Assembly: GCA_964448115.1 (NCBI GenBank)
Contig: CAYUVA010000018.1
Location: forward strand, 62,001-82,155
From: an uncultured bacterium
GTDB taxonomy: Bacteria > CAYUVA01
Length of the DNA stretch: 20,155 bases
Reading direction: 5' to 3'
The position numbers and the translations under genes are program-made. Of the stretch, positions 7,359 through 14,612 are shown in pieces. The notes under the pieces were generated by a model. The model saw only the letters and a program-made list of their open reading frames with translations, searched no databases and had not been told where the DNA came from. How positions within the stretch are numbered: the stretch's first letter is position 1; every line of letters begins with the position of its first letter.

Positions 7359-9050
7359 TTAAAACATCTCAATGTAGCCGCAGGGGCATTCCTCGGCGCA
7401 TTTCTTGCAGCCGTTGCAGAATTCGAGCTTGAACTTGTACTCGCCAAACCTTTCAGATGGCTTAATAACGGCGTTCTCCGAGCAGAAGCTCCAGCAGTTG
7501 CCACAGTCAAAGCAAAGCCCGCAGCTCATGCAGCGCTTTGCCTCGCTCTTGAGCTGTTCCTCGGTCAGTCCGCCGTATATCTCGCCCCAGGGGTCCTTGA
7601 ATCGTGCATCGACATCCTTGCCCTGTATTTGGTTTCTCTCCATCTGCTCGTAGTGGGAGAGCTTCATCTTGTCAGCGGTTATGATAGGCTTGTCCTTTGG
7701 CACCGGTTGCTTTGGCTGATCGTTGTCGAAGTAGGCTTGGATCGCCTGTGCGGCGCAGCGTCCTTGATATATGGCTATGGTTACCAATCCAAGATCGGTT
7801 ACATCTCCGCCGGCGAAGATCTTCTCGTCCTGGGTGCGACCAAACTGATCCACTTTCACCCAATCTTTGCCCTCGCGCAGGTTCTCCAGTCCCTCGAAGT
7901 CCGGTTCCTGGCTGATGGCAGCGATGACCGTATCAGCCATGATCTCGAATTCAGATCCCTGTATGGGCACTGGTCTTCTCCTGCCGCTTGAGTCAGGTTC
8001 ACCCAGCTCCATGCGCTGGGCTACCATCCCCTTGGCGCGGTTGTTATTCCCCTTGATGAAGGAGATCGGGGCAGCGAGGAACTCGATCTTGATTCCTTCC
8101 ACTTGAGCCTCCTCGACCTCGTGCTCAATAGCCGGCATCTCCTTTATGGTGCGGCGATAAAGTATGGTAACATCAGCGCCGAGACGCTTGGATACCCTGG
8201 CAGCATCGATTGCGCTATCCCCACCGCCGATGACGATGACCTTCTTGCCGACATCCACTGTCTCGCCGGAGTTTATCTTATTCAGGAACTCGGTGCCGGT
8301 CATAACATTCTCGGCATCCTCGCCCTCGATGCCAAGATTATAGCCCTTGTGAGCGCCGATGCCTACGAAGACAGCATCGTATTGTTCCTTCAGCTCATCG
8401 AGGGAAATATCCTTTCCTATGATCGTATTATATTTTATCTTCACCCCAAGGTCTGCTATTCTTTGCACCTCTTTCTCAATGACATCTCTTGGCAAGCGAT
8501 ACTGTGGTATGCCGTACCAGAGCATGCCGCCGGGGTGCGAGAATGCCTCGAAGACGGTTACATTGAATCCCTTGCGCGCCAGGTGGTATGCACATGACAT
8601 TCCAGCGGGTCCGGCTCCGATTACAGCGATCTTTTCTTTCCGCTTCTCATCAGTAAGCTTGTCGAACTTCAATCCTTGTTCAATAGCCCAGTCTCCTAGG
8701 AATCTCTCAATGGCGTTGATGCTGAGTGCGCCTTCTAGTTCCTTGCGATTACAGCCGTCCTCGCAGGGATGGGGACACACGCGCCCACATACCGCGGGGA
8801 AAGGGTTGCCATCGACGATGGTTTCCCAGGCTAGCCTGTATGATTCTTCATAGGTTCTGCCCCTATCCTCGGTCTGGGCGATAGTGGTTATGACCTTTCG
8901 GATATCGGTGCCGCTAGGGCACTTATCCATGCAGGGAGGGAGTTTTTCTACGAATTTTGGTCTTAAACTCGATTCTTCACGAATTTTTGCAGCGCCGGCG
9001 CCGAATCCGCCGCCTCTTCTCTTTTTCTTCTTTTTTACAACCTTTGCCAT
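7359..9050 (-). CDS. dsrL: DsrL-like iron-sulfur flavoprotein, NAD(P)H:acceptor oxidoreductase (GltD/SudA superfamily with C-terminal ferredoxin domain)
   Basis: N-terminal Fe-S motifs PPCMDKCPSG and CGRVCPHPCEDGCNR; FAD site GAGPAG; NADP-type site GGGDSAIDAAR plus YRR; C-terminal EAKRCMSCGLCFDCGNCWSFC and CNGCKKCAEECPCGYIEM. AAGGAG RBS lies upstream of the ATG at 9050. The superfamily is certain; the dsrL symbol is less so. Confidence 0.72.
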   Translation of the reverse strand: MAKVVKKKKKRRGGGFGAGAAKIREESSLRPKFVEKLPPCMDKCPSGTDIRKVITTIAQTEDRGRTYEESYRLAWETIVDGNPFPAVCGRVCPHPCEDGCNRKELEGALSINAIERFLGDWAIEQGLKFDKLTDEKRKEKIAVIGAGPAGMSCAYHLARKGFNVTVFEAFSHPGGMLWYGIPQYRLPRDVIEKEVQRIADLGVKIKYNTIIGKDISLDELKEQYDAVFVGIGAHKGYNLGIEGEDAENVMTGTEFLNKINSGETVDVGKKVIVIGGGDSAIDAARVSKRLGADVTILYRRTIKEMPAIEHEVEEAQVEGIKIEFLAAPISFIKGNNNRAKGMVAQRMELGEPDSSGRRRPVPIQGSEFEIMADTVIAAISQEPDFEGLENLREGKDWVKVDQFGRTQDEKIFAGGDVTDLGLVTIAIYQGRCAAQAIQAYFDNDQPKQPVPKDKPIITADKMKLSHYEQMERNQIQGKDVDARFKDPWGEIYGGLTEEQLKSEAKRCMSCGLCFDCGNCWSFCSENAVIKPSERFGEYKFKLEFCNGCKKCAEECPCGYIEMF

Positions 9051-9254
9051 TGTACTTACCAACTCCTTGTTCAACTTGTCGATATCAAAGCGAGCCGGGA
9101 AAGTCCTCAGCCCATTATTATGGTCAAGACTACTGTCTCGAAGTCAAGCCTTTTATATTTATCAGGTTTTTATAAGATTATCAACCCCTTTTAGATCCTA
9201 AATTCTCGGCTTGGATTTTGCAAAGGAACAGTTTTTTAAAAATAAACATCCTTC

Positions 9255-9302
9255 AGAAATAAAAAGGAGGGAGTCTTAACCTAAGATAGGTAGTGCCTCC
9301 TT
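9255..9302 (-). terminator. Terminator-like hairpin upstream of the dsrL-like gene
   Basis: AAGGAGG (9264-9270) and CCTCCTT (9296-9302) form an inverted repeat with inner pairing ACCTA/TAGGT. On the minus strand it is followed by TTTATTT. Confidence 0.4.
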
Positions 9303-9381
9303 AGACGATGGAAAGAAAAGTAAGATAAAGCATTGAAAATAAAGCTATCTTTACGATATTTTAATCTGTAGGCTACGCAGT

Positions 9382-9603
9382 CCTCACCCCAGACCTCTCC
9401 CAAAGGAGTCTGTCTCAAACCCCCCACCTGTCATCCCGAGCGGAGCGGAACGAAGTGAAGCGAAGTCGAGGGATCTCTGTAAGGTATTGTAAATAAAGAG
9501 ATTCCTCGACTCGCTCGCTTACGCTCACTCGCTCGGAATGACAGGGTATGGGATTTCTTGGACATTTTGATACAAACTCCGCTAGGAGAGGGCTGGGCTG
9601 AGG
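9382..9603. repeat. Composite nested palindromic (REP/MITE-like) element
   Basis: Four nested inverted-repeat pairs: 9382-9400/9585-9603 (17 of 19 match), 9405-9419/9566-9580 (13 of 15), 9427-9442/9530-9545 (15 of 16), 9464-9478/9497-9511 (14 of 15). Confidence 0.9.
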
Positions 9604-9618
9604 GGCTTTCCTCTCCTC

Positions 9619-9648
9619 TATCACATTATCACGGTATCACGGTATCAC
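9619..9648 (+). repeat. 8-bp tandem repeat (TATCACNN x4)
   Basis: TATCACAT TATCACGG TATCACGG TATCAC. Confidence 0.85.
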
Positions 9649-9652
9649 TTCC

Positions 9653-9724
9653 TCTTTGCGTCTTTGCGTCTTTGCGTGATCAACTCTTTATTTCCTGCGT
9701 CTTTTCGTGAGCGTCTTTTCGTGA
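9653..9724 (+). repeat. TCTTTGCG x3 followed by a 14-bp tandem duplication GCGTCTTTTCGTGA x2
   Basis: TCTTTGCG at 9653, 9661 and 9669, ending in TGA; GCGTCTTTTCGTGA at 9697-9710 and 9711-9724. Confidence 0.85.
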
Positions 9725-9822
9725 GATCTTCGGCGTTTGGCGCAGATTTTTAATGCGGCACCCCCCGAGAGACGAGTTATAAGCAATATCATGTATTATT
9801 AGCCAATCCCAAACTTCAAATA

Positions 9823-10040
9823 AATCAATGAGTTACCCCTTCTGCGTGCCATTTTGGCACGATATTTCGTGGTCAAAATTGGAGGCATGAGGATCCTCGG
9901 AAGAAGTTTTCAAAAAAATTATTCTTTAATATCAATGAGTTAATCTAAATAGATCAATTAGCACCCCTCGTTTTGGGCTTTTAAACTTGAGTCCGTTGAT
10001 GTAGATTTGGAGAAAAACGACCTAAAAAATCAAATAGTTA
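9823..10040 (+). promoter_or_regulatory. Three IHF-consensus sites (WATCAANNNNTTR)
   Basis: AATCAATGAGTTA at 9823-9835, TATCAATGAGTTA at 9930-9942 and AATCAAATAGTTA at 10028-10040, each with an AT-rich 5' flank. Confidence 0.6.
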
Positions 10041-10047
10041 AATCATA

Positions 10048-10063
10048 TGTTCCACATGGAACA
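10048..10063. promoter_or_regulatory. parS-like centromere site (ParB binding)
   Basis: TGTTCCACATGGAACA, one mismatch from the palindromic parS variant TGTTCCACGTGGAACA; intergenic. Confidence 0.75.
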
Positions 10064-10276
10064 TTAATTCTTTATTTGACAAAGCCTTTATTTGCAAGAT
10101 CGAGCTTTTAAAAATTGCAGTGTCACTTGGATCCTCAAAATATACCCTTATGAATACTGGCTTGAAGTGGTGGTTTATTTCAACTATTTTACGGAATATT
10201 TTCCTGAAATGTTCCAGGTCTTCGATTACGGCTATTCAATTGATCAATTAGAATTTACGGCTGTGTTTAGCCTCTT

Positions 10277-11890
10277 TTAATCAGCTACCGTTTTCTTTTC
10301 CACCATTTTGAAGACCACCTGCTTTCCATCGGGGCTGGAGATGGTATGTACTGCCTTGTATTCGGTCAACTCGAAGACCCGTATCACGAAAAGGGTTTGC
10401 TTATCGCACTGTCGGTAGTAATCCTCGATATCAGCCCCCTGTGGAAAGAAGCGGTACTTCATGTCCATTCCGCGGTGCTCATGGAAACGGGCAGGCTCAT
10501 ACCTTGTATAAAAGAGATTAAGTATTAATGGGCACTTACTATATCCGGTGATGATTATCTGGTCTAACTGTGCTTCATGCTCTTGCGTGTACTCATAGAC
10601 TTGGCGCCAGCCATACTGCCACTGTTTCCAAGCTTGTGATGGATACCAAACAAAGTAATGGTAAGTGAATGATCCCATCTCCCAGGTTACTACGATCACA
10701 ATCGCAGTCAATACTCCTTTCATGGCAGATATGCTTATTCTCGGTCTCAGGTATCGATAAGCTCCGACAGCTCCAAAGGCTCCCAGAAGCTCGAATAATG
10801 GGAATATGGTTATGACTCGTATGGAATTCGGATTTGCCTCAGTAGTGATGGCGCCGGGGAGTTGCCAGACAAGTAACCAAATCAAAAGCAAAGTGCGTAG
10901 CCTTCCTGGGGTCTTGATAACCATCAAGAGTCCGATAATGATTAGCGGCGCCATGAACAGATAAAGCTGCCCGAATCCAGGCGGTGAAAACATGATATTT
11001 GCATCGCCATTGTTGAATAGAAAGCTCGGTGAATAATAGGTCAACCAATTCTTGATGAAAAGCATGATCTGCCCTGCTAAGGTCGGCTCCGCCGATGCCA
11101 GCGAGATCATCTCGTAACGAGCAGCGAAGCGATGGGGATAGAAGATTGCCAGGTGAAGCATAGGCAGCGCTGATATCACAAGGATCGAGGCGCTGATAAA
11201 GCTCATCTGCCATCCTTTGGCTAACTCGCGCCTATAAAGTATAATGATAGATACAAGAAATATAGGCAGAAAAACCCGAGCAGCAGAGTAAGTATATAGC
11301 GATAGTCCGAACCATAAGGCACTGATTATTAGAAGTTTGGGTCGATCTTCCATGCTTTCCAGAAACAGGTAACTCCCAAGCAGGAACAATGGAATGAAAC
11401 TGATCATGCGCAAGCCGACCCTCGATATGATTATATGCCAGGGAGATATTGCAAGGAAAAAAGCAGCTATCAGGGAGATATAATCATCATCATTAGATAG
11501 CTTCCTGGCAAAGGCAAAGACAAGCGGGATGCATAATATTCCTAATATCGCAGCCGGCAGACGGATAGTCCATTCATTCAAGCCACCGATAGCGATAAAA
11601 GGGACGCAAAAGTAGCGAAAGAAGCCAGCCTTGTAGTCACCCCAGCCCTTGAAGAATATTGGGAAATACTGCCCCCATTGATCCCTGCCTGTCCTTTGGA
11701 TGCTCCAGGCATCATAGCCAGTGGAAGCCTCATCAAAGAAAAAGCCAGGTGGATTATCGCCGAGATTCACTACTCTGAGCAGCGCAGCCAGAATGATAAT
11801 ACCAGCAAGGAGTTTTAAGCGGACTTTATTATCCATTTTCCACATATAAGGCGGATTGAGCTCCTTTTTTTTTTGCATCATCAAGCGCAT
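10277..11890 (-). CDS. GT-C fold glycosyltransferase (GT39/ArnT/PMT-like), multi-pass membrane protein
   Basis: ALLRVVNL..NPPGFFFDEA..GYDAWSI..TGRD.WG, GLNEWTIRLPAA, FLAISPWHIIISR, GLSLYTYSAARVFLP and many TM helices. The real start may be downstream (11845 or 11836). Confidence 0.88.
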   Translation of the reverse strand: MRLMMQKKKELNPPYMWKMDNKVRLKLLAGIIILAALLRVVNLGDNPPGFFFDEASTGYDAWSIQRTGRDQWGQYFPIFFKGWGDYKAGFFRYFCVPFIAIGGLNEWTIRLPAAILGILCIPLVFAFARKLSNDDDYISLIAAFFLAISPWHIIISRVGLRMISFIPLFLLGSYLFLESMEDRPKLLIISALWFGLSLYTYSAARVFLPIFLVSIIILYRRELAKGWQMSFISASILVISALPMLHLAIFYPHRFAARYEMISLASAEPTLAGQIMLFIKNWLTYYSPSFLFNNGDANIMFSPPGFGQLYLFMAPLIIIGLLMVIKTPGRLRTLLLIWLLVWQLPGAITTEANPNSIRVITIFPLFELLGAFGAVGAYRYLRPRISISAMKGVLTAIVIVVTWEMGSFTYHYFVWYPSQAWKQWQYGWRQVYEYTQEHEAQLDQIIITGYSKCPLILNLFYTRYEPARFHEHRGMDMKYRFFPQGADIEDYYRQCDKQTLFVIRVFELTEYKAVHTISSPDGKQVVFKMVEKKTVAD

Positions 11891-11998
11891 TCAACATGAA
11901 TCGTTGTCTTCCATTGATATAAGAAAATAGCACAAGTAGCCATTAAGCGTCCATTGCATAATAAATAGGGGGTTTAGAAGGATTATGTGGGTATGCAC

Positions 11999-12028
11999 TT
12001 GACATTCTGGATTCGGTTATTATAGATT
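11999..12028 (+). promoter_or_regulatory. Putative sigma70 promoter of the lipoprotein operon
   Basis: TTGACA at 11999-12004; candidate -10 is TATAGA (16 bp spacer) or TAGATT (18 bp spacer). Confidence 0.5.
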
Positions 12029-12115
12029 GGGTATCAACCTGGCATAAACGGAGAGAGGTAAAAATAATGAATAATCGATCTCGAGAAAGCTATCGCCAGC
12101 CTAAATGCAAGCTTA

Positions 12116-13507
12116 ATGAAGATGAGATTTCATATCTGGCACATAACCATAGCGGTAACGATAGTACTCGCCGTTGTACTCATTGCCACCAGTTGCGGTA
12201 AATACGGCTCTCCAAAGGTGCCGCGACCCAAGATACCAGAGGCGATCCCCGGCGGTGAGGTCATTTTGGCATGCGGTCAGATAGAGCTTGTCTTTACGCT
12301 GCCGGAGACATACAAGGATGGCAGCCGGTTGCAGAAGATCTATGGAGTCAGGATCTACCGCGCCTATAAGCCCTATGAGCCACCGAAGAAGGCAGCTAAA
12401 AAGACCGGCTTGGATCTCAACCAGACATTAGGTGCCCTGTTCGATGAGAACCTTACCGCCGCGACCCAGGCTCCATTAGATAAAACAGAAATGGGGCTTC
12501 GAGCCGATCTCAACCCGAGTGCATCACCAACAGTACCCCCTGGCATGACCCCCTCCCCGACTCCAAAGCCGACAACCCTTGAGGACATCGATTACACAAA
12601 GGTGCAGTACGATAAGAACATATCCCTGGCTGCCTATTACAAGACCATACCCATGAAGCATCGCTTCGCTAAGATGGCTTTGATAGCCGAGTTGAGAAAA
12701 GAGGAGCTTAATCCACATCCCGACTATGCAGGCAAGTACCTTTTCATCGATGACGGAATGCCCCCTAGAGATGAGAAGCTGCGCCCCATAAAGGATTTCA
12801 AGTTCAAGTTCTATCCCTGGATCAGCTATGAGTACTATATCGAGGTGCTAGATCACAAGAAAAGAAAGAGCGAAAACAAGCTAATAGGGAAGAAGATATT
12901 TGGATATGTCCCCAATCCCCCGCTGGATCTCAACTGTGCCCTGACCCAATCGGGCGTGTTGTTGACCTGGGAAAAGGCACGCTATGACTGCATAGACAAC
13001 AATATAAGCCACCTGGTCAAGACCAGCTTATTCAAGAGCACCTCGCTTTCTCGCTTCGATCCCAAGCCGATAAACATCGAACAGGCGCATCTCGATTACT
13101 ATCTCGATGAGAAGGTGCATGATGGCATCGTATATTATTACAGGATCAAATCATACATCCCCAGTCCGCTTTTGGAGAGCCATAAGAGCCTGGTCAAATC
13201 GATTCGATTTCTTGATACAAAGCCGCCCCTCTCCCCTCAGAACCTGGTGGCATCGTTGTGGCAAAGAAGAATCAGCCTAATATGGTCTCATCCAAACCTG
13301 ACCGAAGTTAGCGGATTCAACATCGAAAGAAGCATCGATGGAGGGGATTACATCAAGCTGAACTCGGAATTGCTGCTCAGGACATCATACGAGGATAACG
13401 ATGTGGTTGTGGGACATAGCTACTTCTACAGGGTTACTGCGGTTGACAATGCTATACTGGCTAATGAAAGCGAGCCATCCGAGCCGGTCAAGATAGATGT
13501 TTACTAG
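12116..13507 (+). CDS. Lipoprotein with C-terminal fibronectin type III domains
   Basis: Signal peptide with lipobox ATSC followed by GKYGSPKVP; Pro/Thr-rich linker; FN3-type motifs PPLDL...VLLTW...YYYRI and DTKPPLSPQNL...ISLIW...GFNIERS...YFYRVTAVD...NESEPSE. Confidence 0.82.
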   Translation: MKMRFHIWHITIAVTIVLAVVLIATSCGKYGSPKVPRPKIPEAIPGGEVILACGQIELVFTLPETYKDGSRLQKIYGVRIYRAYKPYEPPKKAAKKTGLDLNQTLGALFDENLTAATQAPLDKTEMGLRADLNPSASPTVPPGMTPSPTPKPTTLEDIDYTKVQYDKNISLAAYYKTIPMKHRFAKMALIAELRKEELNPHPDYAGKYLFIDDGMPPRDEKLRPIKDFKFKFYPWISYEYYIEVLDHKKRKSENKLIGKKIFGYVPNPPLDLNCALTQSGVLLTWEKARYDCIDNNISHLVKTSLFKSTSLSRFDPKPINIEQAHLDYYLDEKVHDGIVYYYRIKSYIPSPLLESHKSLVKSIRFLDTKPPLSPQNLVASLWQRRISLIWSHPNLTEVSGFNIERSIDGGDYIKLNSELLLRTSYEDNDVVVGHSYFYRVTAVDNAILANESEPSEPVKIDVY

Positions 13508-14612
13508 AATCCTACCAGGGCGCGGATACCTCCTAAGGTTCATTCTTATGCTTTTTATAGCAGCCTGCCCGGTATCCTGTGTAAAAAGTGATGCCCCCAA
13601 AGTGGCTATAATAGCGCCGATTAGCGGCATCTATTCAGCCTACGGCGAATCGTTTATCAAGGGGATAAAGGCTTATAACAAGTACCTGGCAGAAACAGGC
13701 AAGCTCCCTTATGCGCTCGAGCTTCATGACTCGCGCTCGAAGATGTCCAAAGACGAGGCGATAACATCGGGATTGCTAAAGGAGAAAGGACATCTAGCCA
13801 TGATCAGGCAATATAACTTCGTTGATTCGGGTGGTTTCCTCGCCGTGCGAGCGCTATATATCCCCATGGCATCGAGCAGACCTATATATCGCTTCCATTT
13901 TGATGAGAAGGGAGCTGCACATAGGCTTCATCGCTTGATAAGAACCAAGTACAAGGGCAAGCGCATCGGAGCCATGATCTTCAATTCAAGACGCCATACC
14001 GTGTTGTTCAATACATTCCAGGAGTCCATACTTCACGATGGCAACTTGACTTTGGCTGCCAAGATATATTTCATCGAGGGAAGGCAGAATTTCCTTGAAT
14101 ATATAACCGAATTTGCCAAACAAAAGATCGACCTGATACTGGTATTCAGCTACTGGCATCACGGGAGCCTGGTCGCGCGTCAGCTAAGGCGAATCGGCTC
14201 CGATATCCCCGTGGTCTTGTCTCCCCTAAATGCAAACATGGACTTCTATCGACAGCTTAGACCTTATCATAAGGATATACTTGTGCTATCGCCATATCCA
14301 GGGGAATTGCAGCAGAGCCCTTTCATCGATGATAACTTCAAGCGATACCTGGGGGAAATATACGATTACTGGGCTTATAGTGGGTATGTTACAGCTCGAT
14401 TGCTTGGGAACATCATACAGGCTTATGGAACCAAAGAGCAGGGACTTAAGCGCTTGATGTCCGAACATCCCAGCGCGAACGAGCTATTATGCAAGGGATT
14501 GACCGAGGCTGACAAGGAAAGTTTGATGTATCAGGTTTACGATAATGATATCTATTTGCTGCGACCAGGTGTTCATGGCTTTAAGGTAGTTAAGATCGCT
14601 CATGGGGAATGA
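13497..14612 (+). CDS. Type I periplasmic binding protein (LivJ-like ABC substrate-binding fold)
   Basis: Signal peptide with possible lipobox (VSC); KVAIIAPISGIYSAYGESF.KG, LELHDSRS, YF..G.QNF..YI, IDLILV, AYSGY..A.LL. Overlaps the upstream gene by 11 nt. Confidence 0.75.
   Translation: MFTRILPGRGYLLRFILMLFIAACPVSCVKSDAPKVAIIAPISGIYSAYGESFIKGIKAYNKYLAETGKLPYALELHDSRSKMSKDEAITSGLLKEKGHLAMIRQYNFVDSGGFLAVRALYIPMASSRPIYRFHFDEKGAAHRLHRLIRTKYKGKRIGAMIFNSRRHTVLFNTFQESILHDGNLTLAAKIYFIEGRQNFLEYITEFAKQKIDLILVFSYWHHGSLVARQLRRIGSDIPVVLSPLNANMDFYRQLRPYHKDILVLSPYPGELQQSPFIDDNFKRYLGEIYDYWAYSGYVTARLLGNIIQAYGTKEQGLKRLMSEHPSANELLCKGLTEADKESLMYQVYDNDIYLLRPGVHGFKVVKIAHGE

Noticed and set aside
9006..9035. RR in the DsrL-like N-terminus as a Tat signal
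   Set aside because: There is no S/T-R-R-x-F-L-K consensus and no hydrophobic h-region.
7356..9201. Plus-strand ORFs of 164-211 aa opposite the dsrL-like gene
   Set aside because: Antisense shadows of a strongly conserved gene, with no protein motifs.
9415..9624. 69 aa minus-strand ORF (CHSERVSVSERVEES...)
   Set aside because: It is a translation of the palindromic repeat itself, a typical spurious ORF.
9619..9724. Possible CRISPR array
   Set aside because: Units are 8-14 bp tandem repeats without unique spacers, and no cas genes are present.
9752..9780. Minus-strand TCTCTCGGGGGGTGCC as a tRNA 3' remnant or att core
   Set aside because: No TTCG T-loop, no CCA end, no cloverleaf and no integrase in the window.
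9855..9870. Sigma54 promoter at TGGCACG
   Set aside because: The -24 element matches on both strands, but the required GC at -12 is absent (TTCG on plus, AGGG on minus).
9075..10276. Replication origin oriC
   Set aside because: AT-rich with IHF boxes, but I found no cluster of DnaA boxes (TTATCCACA) and no dnaA, dnaN or gidA nearby.
10092..10280. 62 aa plus-strand ORF
   Set aside because: TTG start with no RBS, AT-rich intergenic composition and no recognisable domain.
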